Shown here: one piece after another, positions 18,465-28,299 of the stretch
How positions within the stretch are numbered: position 1 is the stretch's first letter
Layout: each line of letters opens with the position of its first letter
Assembly (NCBI GenBank): GCA_963746475.1
Contig: CAVVBB010000002.1
Location: forward strand, 390,639-454,638
DNA length: 64,000 nucleotides
Direction: 5' to 3'
DNA from: an uncultured delta proteobacterium
GTDB lineage: Bacteria > Myxococcota_A > Polyangia > Polyangiales > Houyiibacteriaceae
The notes under the pieces: model-generated
Seen by the model: only the letters and a program-made list of their open reading frames with translations
What the model was told of the DNA's origin: nothing
The model's database searches: none
Position numbers and translations under genes: made by a program

Positions 18465-21400
18465 TCATGCTTTCGAGCGACTGGCCGAACGCCGAAGGAG
18501 CGGTGGCACGATGGCTGGAAGGATGCCGAGCGTGAGTACCGTGCTCGTGATGAGACCGCTCACGACCACCGTGGCGAGGGGCCGCTGAACCTCGGCGCCC
18601 ACCCCCGTTGCCAGCATCATGGGGACGAAACCGAGCGCCGCGACGAGGGCCGTCATCAACACGGGCCGTAGCCTCGAACGCGCCGCGCGCCGTACGGCCT
18701 CGGTCACGTCCGCGTCTGCATCGAGCTCGTTCATCAGGGCCGTCACGAACACGACACCGTTGAGCACGGCGATACCGCTGAGCGCAATGAATCCGATCAT
18801 CGCCGAGACCGAAATCGGGAGGCCGCGGACGTAGAGCGCAATCATGCCCCCCACGGCCGCGAAGGGGACATTGAGCAAGATCATGAGCGCCGGAGACCAT
18901 CGTCGAAACAGCGTGAGCAGCAGGAGAAGCATCACGAGGACGACGGCTGGGATGATGAGGTTCAGCCGTTTCTTGGCGCTCTGCAGGCTTTGGTATTGGC
19001 CGCCCCAGACCAGTAATGCGCCCTCGGGTGCTTGCAGGCCCGGGCCTCGGAGCATGGCTTCGGCGTCGCGAACGACGGAGCCGAGGTCTCTGTCTCGCAC
19101 GTTGAAGCCCAAGACGATGCGTCGCTGGGCCATCTCGTGATTCACGAGCGCGGGCCCGCGCGCGTGGGAGACGTCGGCGACTCGCGATAGTGCGACCAAG
19201 GCGCCATCGCCTGTCGGCATGAAAGAGTTCTCGAAGGACAGAGCGTTGGAATTCGGGCTTAGGCGAACCCGGATCGGGATCTGCACCGGACCGTCGTAAG
19301 TCGTTCCTGAAACGATCCCGGCGCGCGCAGCTCGAACGTGGTCGAGTATGTCCTCGGAGCGGAAGCCAAACCGGCTGGCGTCGAGCGGTCGGGGCCGGAC
19401 CTCGAGCAGTGCGACCGATGGCGGTGCCAGGACCCGAACGTCCTCCGCGCCTTCGACCTTGGAGAAGACCTGGACGACCGCATCGGCGTAGGTTTGCAGC
19501 ACGGCAAGGTTCTCTCCGAAGACGCTCAGTGACACGTCGGTGACGCTCCCTCCGACGAGCTCATTGAACCGCATCTGGATCGGCTGGGTGAATGCGACTT
19601 CTTCGGCGGGCGCGACGCTTGCGATGGCGCGACCGATCTCGTCGATGATGCGCGCCTTGGTCAAGTCCTCGCGCCATTCCGAACGTGGCGCGAGGTCTAT
19701 GAAGACGTCGGCCTGCTCGAGTCCCATGATGTCGGTCGCGACCTCGGGGCTGCCGATGCGAGATGCGATGTGGCGGACTTCGGGCACGGCACGAAGGATC
19801 GCGGACTCCATCTCGGTGCTGTCACGGATTGCGCTCTCGACCCGAATGTCCGGGTCCCGTAGCGTCTGCACGACCAAGTCGCCCTCGTCGAGCTGAGGCA
19901 CGAAGGCCGTCCCCGCGAGGGCCGCGAGTGTCATTGCAACTGCGAGTAGGCCTAGGGCCGTGACGACCACGGGAAGAGGATGCGCGATGGCGTTCTCGAG
20001 AGCGGGCTCGTACTTGGCCGACAGCCATCGAACGACGAAAGGAGGCCGGTCCGGGACGTCTCTTTCGCGTAGAACCAATCTCGCCATCGCCGGGACATAG
20101 GTGAGCGAGAGGATCAATGCGCTGATCAAGGCCAGCAGGACAGTGAGTGCCATTGGCCGAAACATTTTACCCTCGACGCCGGCGAGGCTGAGTATCGGGA
20201 CGTAGACGAGAATGATGATTAGCACCGCGTAGAACACGGGCCTTGCCATCTTTGTCGTGGTGCTCTCGATCTGATCGGCGATTCGTCCCTTGCGCTCGTG
20301 GGTCGCGTGAAAAATGGCTTCGACCATGACGACTGCACCATCGACCAGAAGCCCGAAATCGAGCGCGCCCAAGCTCATCAAGTTTCCAGGGACCTCGAGC
20401 GCCACCATTCCGATCGCGGCGCCGAGCATCGACAACGGGATCACGGAGGCGACGAGGGCGCCAGCGCGAAAGCTCCCCAGCAGGACGAAAAGAACGCCAA
20501 CGACCAGCAAACCGCCCTCGAGCAGGTTGGTGAACACAGTTCGGAGCGTCGCGTGGACGAGCTCACTCCGGTCGTATACCAACTGCACGCTCACGTCCGC
20601 CGGCAGCGCCTTGTCGACGTTGTCCATCTGGGCCTCGACGCCGTCGAGCACCTCGAGCGCATTGTCTTCGAGCAGCATCTGCACCATCACGTAGACGGCT
20701 TCGCCGCGACCGTCGGTGGTCGCAGCGCCGATGCGGGGTACGCCCCCCTCCATCACGTCGGCCACGTCGCCGATCCGGATTGGAAGCTCAGCGTCCCGGC
20801 TCACGACCACCGCGCCCGCAAGGTCCGAAGCACGCTCCGGCCACGCTACGCCGCGCAACAAGACCCCCGCATCTCCGGACTCCAAGGTCGCGCCGGCCGC
20901 ATAGCCCGTGCCCCTGCGGACCGCTTCGGTCAGATTGGCCAAAGTGACGCGATAGCGCGACATGCGCTTGGGATCCCCCACGACATCCATGGTGCGACGC
21001 TCGCCACCCCATGAGTTGACCTCGACGACCCCTGGGACGGAGCGAAGTATGGGAGTGACACGAAAGCGGACGAGCTCCAGGAGCTCGGACGAAGAGCGGG
21101 TGGGCGAGCTCACGGTGAACTGGTAGATCTCTCCGAGGCCACCCGTCAGCGGGCCGAGCTCCGGCGCATCAACCCCCGGTGGCATGCTCCCCATCACACC
21201 GAGCAAGCGCTCTTGGACGAGCTGCCGCGCCCTGAGGATGTCCATGCCGTCTTCAAAGACGACCGTGACCGAGGAAAGCCCATAGCGCGAGATGCTCCGC
21301 TGACTCTTCGAGCTTGGAAGACCACCGAGCGCCATCTCGACCGGTCGGGTCACCAAGCGTTCGACTTCCTCCGGCGTGAGGCCTTGCGCCCGCGTGAGCA

Positions 21401-21545
21401 CGACGACTTGCCTTCCTGTTACATCCGGCAGCGCATCAAAGCGCAGGCGTGACCCGGCAGCGACGCCGATCGCTGCGAAAACGAGGACCAGCACGACGAC
21501 GAGGCGCGCGTTGCGTACAGACCAGCGAACGACGGTCTCGATCAC
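18465..21545 (-). CDS. heavy-metal efflux RND transporter, CzcA/CusA family
   Basis: The GTG start at 21545 overlaps the upstream stop (GTGA). 1026 aa with RND topology. The TM4 motif ALDFGLLVDGAVVMVE is typical of HME-RND pumps. Confidence 0.9.
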   Translation of the reverse strand: MIETVVRWSVRNARLVVVLVLVFAAIGVAAGSRLRFDALPDVTGRQVVVLTRAQGLTPEEVERLVTRPVEMALGGLPSSKSQRSISRYGLSSVTVVFEDGMDILRARQLVQERLLGVMGSMPPGVDAPELGPLTGGLGEIYQFTVSSPTRSSSELLELVRFRVTPILRSVPGVVEVNSWGGERRTMDVVGDPKRMSRYRVTLANLTEAVRRGTGYAAGATLESGDAGVLLRGVAWPERASDLAGAVVVSRDAELPIRIGDVADVMEGGVPRIGAATTDGRGEAVYVMVQMLLEDNALEVLDGVEAQMDNVDKALPADVSVQLVYDRSELVHATLRTVFTNLLEGGLLVVGVLFVLLGSFRAGALVASVIPLSMLGAAIGMVALEVPGNLMSLGALDFGLLVDGAVVMVEAIFHATHERKGRIADQIESTTTKMARPVFYAVLIIILVYVPILSLAGVEGKMFRPMALTVLLALISALILSLTYVPAMARLVLRERDVPDRPPFVVRWLSAKYEPALENAIAHPLPVVVTALGLLAVAMTLAALAGTAFVPQLDEGDLVVQTLRDPDIRVESAIRDSTEMESAILRAVPEVRHIASRIGSPEVATDIMGLEQADVFIDLAPRSEWREDLTKARIIDEIGRAIASVAPAEEVAFTQPIQMRFNELVGGSVTDVSLSVFGENLAVLQTYADAVVQVFSKVEGAEDVRVLAPPSVALLEVRPRPLDASRFGFRSEDILDHVRAARAGIVSGTTYDGPVQIPIRVRLSPNSNALSFENSFMPTGDGALVALSRVADVSHARGPALVNHEMAQRRIVLGFNVRDRDLGSVVRDAEAMLRGPGLQAPEGALLVWGGQYQSLQSAKKRLNLIIPAVVLVMLLLLLTLFRRWSPALMILLNVPFAAVGGMIALYVRGLPISVSAMIGFIALSGIAVLNGVVFVTALMNELDADADVTEAVRRAARSRLRPVLMTALVAALGFVPMMLATGVGAEVQRPLATVVVSGLITSTVLTLGILPAIVPPLLRRSASRSKA

Positions 21546-22600
21546 GGTTCGCTCACATGAGCGTCGCCGCGAGGAAATTCGCTGGCGACGAGATCTGCCG
21601 CTTCGAACGGTCCACGCACGAGGGCCGACGCGCCCGACGCCGCGACGATTTCGACCTCGACTGGCTCGATCTCGTCGCCTCGTCGACGCATGACCACTGT
21701 CTTGTCGCCTTTCTGACCGATCGCGCCCGCCGGGACCTCCCACAGGTCGACGGACGCCGAGATTCGCGCCGTTCCGAGCAGCCCATCCGGGGAGGAGATT
21801 GCTTCCAAGGGCTCGAACCAGGTCAGGACCGTGCCGTCCGACGGAACCACGACGGACGCGACGGGGCTTGGATTGAGCTCGATCTTCTGCCCGTCGCCGC
21901 CCTCAAAAACCACCGACTTGGCCTTTGGCCAGCGTTTGCTGGTTCGCACCTCGACGCGCGCCGCTCCTTCTCCCAGCACGCGTGCGATCGGGGCGGCGCC
22001 CGGCTGGTAGCTGCGACCTATGCGTGCCGGAAGTTCGGTGACGATGCCCTTCACTGGTGAGTGCAGCGTCACGACGCCGCGGTCGAGCAGCGCCGAGGCG
22101 TCCTTTGGCTCGACTCCGGAGGAACGCAGAATGGCGGTCGCCCTGAGGCGCTCTGCGCGCAGCTCGGCGGCTTTGGCTCGTTGCTCGAACACCTCTGCGC
22201 GTCCAACCAGGCCTTCGCCGAGCAGCGCCTCCAGCTGGTCCGCCCGCTGCTCGTGGCTGCGGACACGGGACTCCGTGGATAGGTATGCGGCGGCTGCGTC
22301 GAGCACCTCGGGCGCATAGACATCAACGATCGCGTCCCCTGCGGACACTGTTTCGCCGACCTGCACGTGCACGCGGGCTATGCGAAGAGAAGCAGGCGGT
22401 GTGACCTCAGCAGACGCTGCGGCGGATGCCCGGACGATCGCCGGCGCCTCGAGGATCGAGCTATCCTCGGGCCGTCGAAGCGAAACGAACCGCGAGGACG
22501 CGCTCGCGGCTGGAGGAGGGACCTCTCCCTCGGCTGGAGCAGACTCGGCAGCGCATGCGGCGACGGTGAGCGCGAGGACGGTGATTAGCGTGGGCTTCAC
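21542..22600 (-). CDS. efflux RND periplasmic adaptor (MFP) subunit
   Basis: The GTG start at 22600 overlaps the upstream stop (GTGA). Lipoprotein signal LALTVAAC. HlyD/MFP-type alpha-hairpin and beta-barrel pattern. Confidence 0.8.
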   Translation of the reverse strand: MKPTLITVLALTVAACAAESAPAEGEVPPPAASASSRFVSLRRPEDSSILEAPAIVRASAAASAEVTPPASLRIARVHVQVGETVSAGDAIVDVYAPEVLDAAAAYLSTESRVRSHEQRADQLEALLGEGLVGRAEVFEQRAKAAELRAERLRATAILRSSGVEPKDASALLDRGVVTLHSPVKGIVTELPARIGRSYQPGAAPIARVLGEGAARVEVRTSKRWPKAKSVVFEGGDGQKIELNPSPVASVVVPSDGTVLTWFEPLEAISSPDGLLGTARISASVDLWEVPAGAIGQKGDKTVVMRRRGDEIEPVEVEIVAASGASALVRGPFEAADLVASEFPRGDAHVSEP

Positions 22601-23883
22601 GGTTCAGACCTTGGCTGGGCGAGCTCCGCGAGTAGGAGCCACATGTGGACCCGAGCCCAAGCATGTGCGCCGCGGGCTCGATGCGCGGCTTCGACCGCGG
22701 CAAGCTCGCGGTCGCGGGCTTCGAGCAGAGCGAAGTACGGCTCTTCGCCGAGCTTCACCGCTCGCGTCCGGCTGTCGACAAGCTGGCGAAGCGCAGGGAG
22801 CGTGTCTTGCTCCAAGAGCTCCCTCACAGTGGCCGTGTGTTTCAGTTCGTGCAGCGCATCCTCGAGTTCTGCGCGGGCGTTCAGCTTGGCGGCGGCGGTG
22901 TTGGCGGTGGCTCCTGCAGCACTCGCCTCGGCGACCGAGGTGAGGCGCCGACTCTGCCCTGGTCCGCGGTAGCTGAGGCCGGTCACCCCGTAGACGACCC
23001 AGCTTCCGAGCGCACCTCGTTCACCCTGCGCGCCCAGAGTCAGCACGGGCGCGTATTGCGCGGACGCTTCGATCGCACGCGCGCGCGCGGCTGTTTCGTG
23101 GAGCCGCTCCACGACGACGTCTGGGGCCGCGTCGATGTCTTCGATCCGCTTGCGAATCTCGGCTTCGTCGGGCAACAACGGCTCTGGCAAATTGCCGGCG
23201 GTTTGGAGCCGCCCCTGCGTTGGCTCTCGCCCGACGGCGACCGAGAGTTGGATGGCAGCGGCAAACTCATCCCCCTCGAGACCGAGCCGCTGGTGCCGCA
23301 GTTGCGCCAGGTTGGCGCGAGACTCGATCAGGGGCTGAACGGTTCCAACGCCGGTCGAAAGAGCGCGTTTCCGACGTTCGAGCATTTCCTCCGCTGCTGC
23401 GATCCGTGCATCACAGGCTTCGATGACGAGGGCGAGGCTTGCCAGGTCGATCCACCGGCGAGCGGCCTCGAGTCGCGCACGCAGGGCACGTGCACGCACC
23501 GTAGCGGCGAGCGCTGCTCGCTCTTTTTTGGCCGAGTCCCGACGGGCGCCGCCTAGATCGCCGAGGCTCCATCCCTGGGTGATGTTCGCCTGCATTTCGA
23601 ATCCCTTGCCCTCGCGTGGCCAAACCAAGGCACCTGGCATGAAGCTGAGGGTGGTGGCCTCCGCGGTCCCCCGCATCTTCCGATCCCCGTCTTCGCGGGC
23701 CTGCAGCATATCCTGGGGCTCCGAGACCGCCGGCGTCTCCTTCCCGAGGGCGAGCGCCTGATCGAAGCTGATCTCTTCGACGTGAGCTTGCTCGGCTCCG
23801 ACCTTTTCTGTCGGTACAAGTCCGAACCAAAGGAAGATTGCGGCTCTGGCAAAACTGCATCGTGCCAGTGAACTACGTGTCAT
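22597..23883 (-). CDS. TolC-family outer membrane efflux protein (CzcC-like)
   Basis: 428 aa. Signal peptide and long helical repeats. It is the first gene of the three-gene efflux operon. Confidence 0.75.
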   Translation of the reverse strand: MTRSSLARCSFARAAIFLWFGLVPTEKVGAEQAHVEEISFDQALALGKETPAVSEPQDMLQAREDGDRKMRGTAEATTLSFMPGALVWPREGKGFEMQANITQGWSLGDLGGARRDSAKKERAALAATVRARALRARLEAARRWIDLASLALVIEACDARIAAAEEMLERRKRALSTGVGTVQPLIESRANLAQLRHQRLGLEGDEFAAAIQLSVAVGREPTQGRLQTAGNLPEPLLPDEAEIRKRIEDIDAAPDVVVERLHETAARARAIEASAQYAPVLTLGAQGERGALGSWVVYGVTGLSYRGPGQSRRLTSVAEASAAGATANTAAAKLNARAELEDALHELKHTATVRELLEQDTLPALRQLVDSRTRAVKLGEEPYFALLEARDRELAAVEAAHRARGAHAWARVHMWLLLAELAQPRSEP

Positions 23884-24147
23884 CCGAAATCACCTCGCTC
23901 ACAAGGCGAGCTTGTCGCATGTGCCGCCCCTGAGGTCTATCCTACGAATGTTGTAAGAGGTGCCGTACCTTCAGTTTCGCAGGGAAATCGACTCTTCTCT
24001 CGCAAACGAGTTTCAATAACAATACGAGCCGTAGTGGGTCGCGGGAGTGACCGATGCTTGCTCGGCGACGGTCAACATCTGGATGGTCCAAATGTGACTC
24101 TTCGAGCCCGAGTTGCTTCTTCGTTCGGAACGTCTTGGACCTGTGCC

Positions 24148-25383
24148 TCAGCGAGCACGGTCAGCGGAAAGAATCTCCCAGGTCATCCCTGCGGCGCGAA
24201 GGCGTTCGACGAGGCGCATGCCCATCGCCGTCGCTGGGGTCAGGATCCCTCCCTCGCTCGTCAGCTCGTCTTCCTCGAGTGCCAGGCACAGAGCCGACTC
24301 CGAGAGCATGCGTGCCGTGGATCCATAGCCCGGGTCTTGCTGGTCGGCGACGAGTCCGCGGACCAGGTGCTCGTCTCCCATCGCTAGCAGATGGGTTTCG
24401 AAGTAGCCGTTGTCCCGTTGCGCCTTGCTGGGCCCTTCTCCCGGAGACGGAAGGCGCGCTTCGATGAGGGGGCGGCTGACCGGTAGGGCCATTAAGCCCA
24501 TGAAGGCGCCGATGCCGCCGGTCATCGCTGCAGCTCTCGCGAAGCCCAGAGGGCCGGGGCCGGTGCCCATGACTTCGGAGTAGCGAAAGCTCTTGCCCCA
24601 GGGGAGTCCCATGAGCGCGTGGCTGCGGCGAACGACTCGCGTGTTGATCGCAGCCATCAAAAAAGGGCCGGTCCACTGGTCCAGGTCCGCGTCGAAGCGA
24701 ATGCCAATTTGGTCGCTACCGTCCGGACCGCCGATGCCGGCCGGGTTGAGGGCGTAGGGGTTGCCGAGAATCTTGCGTAGCGACGGGTCGTGCTTCGCCT
24801 CGTCGACGACGTTGAGCAGGCTCGCCAGTGTGCCCCCGCTGAGGCCCCCCTTTGTCTTTCCGACGCAGAGCTTTACCTGGGAGGCGTAGTGTCTGTGCTG
24901 CGTGTTCATCGCTTCCTGGACCATCAGCGTACCGAGGTCCGAAGGGATCGAGTCGTAGCCGCAGCAGTGCACGATGCGTGCCCCCGATTTGCGTGCCGCC
25001 TCGTGGTGCGCATCGATCATCGCGCGAATGAACGGAGTCTCGCCCGTCAGGTCACAGTAGTGCGTCCGGTTCCGCACCGCGGCACCGACCAGCTCGGCGC
25101 CGTACTTGGCGTAGGGGCCGACCGTGCTGATGACGACCTTCGTTCGTGCGCAGATGGCTTCGAGCGACTTCGCGTCGAGGCTATCTCCGAGCAACAGGGG
25201 AAGTTGCGGTGCGCCAACCGCCTCGGCGACTCCACGCAGCTTCGCTTCGTTTCGGCCCGCCAATGCCAGGCGCAAATCCGTCTTCCCCGAATCGCGCCGG
25301 ATGTAATTTCGGACCAGATATTCGGCGACGAGCTGCCCTGTAAAACCGCTCGCACCCCACAACACGATGTCGAACTCACGCAT
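24148..25383 (-). CDS. saccharopine dehydrogenase-like NAD(P)-binding protein
   Basis: 411 aa. N-terminal Rossmann motif: FDIVLWGASGFTGQLVAEYL. Confidence 0.75.
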   Translation of the reverse strand: MREFDIVLWGASGFTGQLVAEYLVRNYIRRDSGKTDLRLALAGRNEAKLRGVAEAVGAPQLPLLLGDSLDAKSLEAICARTKVVISTVGPYAKYGAELVGAAVRNRTHYCDLTGETPFIRAMIDAHHEAARKSGARIVHCCGYDSIPSDLGTLMVQEAMNTQHRHYASQVKLCVGKTKGGLSGGTLASLLNVVDEAKHDPSLRKILGNPYALNPAGIGGPDGSDQIGIRFDADLDQWTGPFLMAAINTRVVRRSHALMGLPWGKSFRYSEVMGTGPGPLGFARAAAMTGGIGAFMGLMALPVSRPLIEARLPSPGEGPSKAQRDNGYFETHLLAMGDEHLVRGLVADQQDPGYGSTARMLSESALCLALEEDELTSEGGILTPATAMGMRLVERLRAAGMTWEILSADRAR

Positions 25384-25440
25384 AGGGGACAGGTTCTACC
25401 GCATCACAACGCCGCGATCACGCGTTCGTCATCCAAAGTG

Positions 25441-25507
25441 TTCAGCGTCCAGATTCTTGGCGCATCTGGGAGATGGACTCGGCTGCTTTGCGCCTGCGGA
25501 CGCTGAA
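25441..25507 (-). terminator. extended imperfect hairpin immediately 3' of trpA (possible terminator or structured RNA; no U-tract)
   Basis: The perfect 10-nt arms TTCAGCGTCC (25441-25450) and GGACGCTGAA (25498-25507) enclose a second pair, GGCGCA / TGCGCC. Confidence 0.3.
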
Positions 25508-25512
25508 TTCGC

Positions 25513-26277
25513 TCAGCTCGACCTCAGGCTCTGGACGAAGGGCTTGATCGCCTGGACGCCCTCATCGTCCAGGACACGAATGGCTTGGGAGCCGACGATG
25601 GCGATGTCCACCTTGCCTACGAGGGCAGCGACGTCCTCTCGGTCTTGGACGCCGAAGCCGAGAGCTAGTGGGAGGTCCGTGGCCTTCTTGCAGCGCCTGA
25701 GATAGCTGTCGAGAGCCTCGAAGTCCGTTTGGGTGCCCGTGACGCCTTTGCGCGCGACGCAGTACAGGAGGCCGCGCGCTCGCTTCGCGATTTCAGCCAT
25801 GCGCGCATCGCTCGTGTTCGGAGAGAACAAAAAGACCGGCTCCAAACCCATCTCGAGCATGTCCGAGAAGAAGGCGTCGCCTTCTTCGTGAGGGAGGTCC
25901 GGGATGATGGCGCCCTTCAAGCCCGCGGACGCGAGCGCCTTCGGGAACTCCCTCAGCCCTCTCGCGAAAGCGATGTTGTAATACGTCATCGCCAGAAAGG
26001 GGATGTCGAAGCGGCTCGTGATCTGCTCGGCTATCTCCATGCAGCGGTCGACCGTGGAGCCCGCATCGAGCGCTTTCTGGTTGGCGTGCAGAATCACCGG
26101 GCCGTCGGCGATCGGCTCGGAGAACGGGATCTGCAGCTCCATGAGCTCGACCCCGCCTTCGACCATGGCTTCGACAATCCGCAGTGAATCGTCGAAGGAC
26201 GGATACCCCAGCACGATGTGCGTCATGAGCAGAATGTCTTTTCGCTCACGCTCCTTGCGAATGTACTCAGCCAGCAC
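25513..26277 (-). CDS. trpA: tryptophan synthase alpha chain
   Basis: GTG at 26277 is preceded by GGAGG with a 7-nt spacer and overlaps the trpB end by 11 nt; the ORF-track ATG at 26334 would overlap by 68 nt. Motif: ELQIPFSEPIADGPVI. Confidence 0.85.
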   Translation of the reverse strand: MLAEYIRKERERKDILLMTHIVLGYPSFDDSLRIVEAMVEGGVELMELQIPFSEPIADGPVILHANQKALDAGSTVDRCMEIAEQITSRFDIPFLAMTYYNIAFARGLREFPKALASAGLKGAIIPDLPHEEGDAFFSDMLEMGLEPVFLFSPNTSDARMAEIAKRARGLLYCVARKGVTGTQTDFEALDSYLRRCKKATDLPLALGFGVQDREDVAALVGKVDIAIVGSQAIRVLDDEGVQAIKPFVQSLRSS

Positions 26278-27511
26278 GATAGGCCTCCGCCTTTTCAATG
26301 ATGAATGCTTTCCATCCCGGGTCATCGAACGCATCGGCGACCGTGAAGATGTCTTTGTCGCCGCGCCCGCTCTGGTTGATGAGAATCACTTGTTCCGATG
26401 ACATCTGCGGCGCTTCTCGGAAGGCTCCCGCGAAGGCGTGCGCCGATTCGAGCGCCGGGATGAGCCCTTCGCGGCGCACGGTGAGCTGAAGAGCCTCGAC
26501 GACCTCCTGGTCCGTGGCCGACTCGAAGCGCACACGCCCCGTGTCCTTGTAGTGCGCCAGGATGGGAGAGACGCCGACGTAGTCGAGCCCGGCCGCGACC
26601 GAATGGGTGTGGCGCATCTGTCCGTCGTGGTCTTGCAGGAAATACGTCTTGTAGCCCTGGGCCACGCCGATGCTGGCGTCCTCGGAGGCGAGCCGTGAGG
26701 CGTGCTCCCCGGTCTGCAGGCCGTGTCCGGCGGCTTCCACACCGACGAGCTCCACGCCGGGATCGTCGAGGAAGCCACTGAAGATGCCCATGGCATTCGA
26801 GCCCCCGCCCACGCAGGCATAGACCCGATCGGGCAAGCGCCCCTCCGACTTCAGCATCTGTTCGCGGGCTTCCTTGCCGATGATCGACTGAAACCAGGTG
26901 ACCATCTCCGGGAAGGGGTGCGGACCACAGGCCGTGCCGAGCACGTAGTGCGTGTCGTCCATGCTGCTGACCCAGTCACGAAAGGCCTCGTTGACCGCGT
27001 CCTTGAGCGTGCGGCTTCCCGTTTCCACCGGAACGACCGTCGCGCCCAAGCGCTCCATCCAGAACACATTGGGTCGCTGCCGGGCGACGTCGACCGCGCC
27101 CATGTAAATCGTGCACTCCAGCCCGAGCCGCGCGGCCATCGTCGCGGTCGCGACCCCGTGCTGCCCTGCGCCGGTCTCGGCGATGACCCGCTTCTTGCCC
27201 ATGCGCTGCACGAGCAGTCCCTGACCCATGACGTTGTTGGCCTTGTGCGCGCCCGTGTGATTCAAGTCCTCGCGCTTGATGAAGATGCGTGCGCCGCCGA
27301 AGTGCTCGGTGAGGTTCTTGGCAAAAGTGATCGGAGTCGGGCGGCAGCTGTAGCTCGACATCACCGCTTCGTACTCGGCCCAGAAGCTCGGGTCGGCCTT
27401 GGCCGCTTCGAACGCATCGACCAGCTCCTCGAAGGTGGCCACGAGAATTTCGGGAATGTAGGCGCCACCAAAGCGCCCGTAGTAGCCGCGACTATCCATG
27501 CGGATCTCCAA
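26267..27511 (-). CDS. trpB: tryptophan synthase beta chain
   Basis: 414 aa. YGRFGGAYIPE; PLP-lysine motif LNHTGAHKANN; GGGSNAMG. Confidence 0.9.
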   Translation of the reverse strand: MEIRMDSRGYYGRFGGAYIPEILVATFEELVDAFEAAKADPSFWAEYEAVMSSYSCRPTPITFAKNLTEHFGGARIFIKREDLNHTGAHKANNVMGQGLLVQRMGKKRVIAETGAGQHGVATATMAARLGLECTIYMGAVDVARQRPNVFWMERLGATVVPVETGSRTLKDAVNEAFRDWVSSMDDTHYVLGTACGPHPFPEMVTWFQSIIGKEAREQMLKSEGRLPDRVYACVGGGSNAMGIFSGFLDDPGVELVGVEAAGHGLQTGEHASRLASEDASIGVAQGYKTYFLQDHDGQMRHTHSVAAGLDYVGVSPILAHYKDTGRVRFESATDQEVVEALQLTVRREGLIPALESAHAFAGAFREAPQMSSEQVILINQSGRGDKDIFTVADAFDDPGWKAFIIEKAEAYRAG

Positions 27512-28226
27512 TGTGATGAGAGAACGCGAAGCGCTCGGTCCGGCAGTGCATCAATGCATGCACGGCCGCCGGCGCCCCGGGGAAGTGAAGAATCCGGTCC
27601 ACCCGGAGAATGGCCGTGCCTTCGTCGATGTCGAGCTGCGCCGCTAGCTCGCCCTGCGCGGCCTGGGCGCTGAAGCTCTGCTCGGCGGCGCTCGGCGCCA
27701 GACTGTAGTGTTCGGCCACGACCTCGGACAGCGCGCGGTTCGCCAGGGCGAGCTTGTCGAAGCGCTCGAAAACCTCGGCATCGAAGGCGAAGGTTTCGAG
27801 CAGCACGGGCTCGCCGTCGACGCGCCCGAGCCGGCCGAGCGAATAGACCTCGCGTCCGGCGAGCGGACTTTGTTCGTCGGCCGGCAGACGCATGCGTTTG
27901 GGCCGCTTCACGAAGCTCGTTCGAAGTCGAATCCCCTCGCGCGAAAACGAGCGCAACGTTCCCCCGAGCGAGAACAGGTCCACACGCACTGGCGGCTCAC
28001 AGACGAAGGTCCCCGCGCCCCTGCGCCGCTCCAGCTTGCCGGCGCGCACCAGACTTTCCGTCGCCTGCCGTACCGTCGGCCGCCCGACCTGATACGACGC
28101 GGCCAGGGCGTGCTCCGAGGGCAGCCGATCACCCACGCGCAGATCGCCCTGGCGCATCTGGTGCTCCAAATGCTCGGCGATTTGGGCATACAGCGGCAGG
28201 GGTGAGCCGGTGTCGAGGGACGGCAT
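27492..28226 (-). CDS. GntR family transcriptional regulator (HutC/UTRA subfamily)
   Basis: 244 aa. wHTH: LPSEHALAASYQVGRPTVRQATESLVRAGKLERRRGAGTFV. UTRA-like C-terminal domain. Its stop lies 20 nt inside trpB. Confidence 0.8.
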   Translation of the reverse strand: MPSLDTGSPLPLYAQIAEHLEHQMRQGDLRVGDRLPSEHALAASYQVGRPTVRQATESLVRAGKLERRRGAGTFVCEPPVRVDLFSLGGTLRSFSREGIRLRTSFVKRPKRMRLPADEQSPLAGREVYSLGRLGRVDGEPVLLETFAFDAEVFERFDKLALANRALSEVVAEHYSLAPSAAEQSFSAQAAQGELAAQLDIDEGTAILRVDRILHFPGAPAAVHALMHCRTERFAFSHHIGDPHG

Positions 28227-28251
28227 GGGGGGACTTTGGAGTCAGCCAACC

Positions 28252-28269
28252 AAGTTGTCAAGACAACTT
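28252..28269. promoter_or_regulatory. perfect inverted repeat AAGTTGTC-AA-GACAACTT, candidate GntR operator
   Basis: An 8-2-8 palindrome lies 26 nt upstream of the GntR ATG (28226). Its core GT..AC arrangement fits the GntR/HutC operator logic. Confidence 0.5.
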
Positions 28270-28299
28270 TACCTGTGACTCCGGTCCGTCTCTGAGGCG

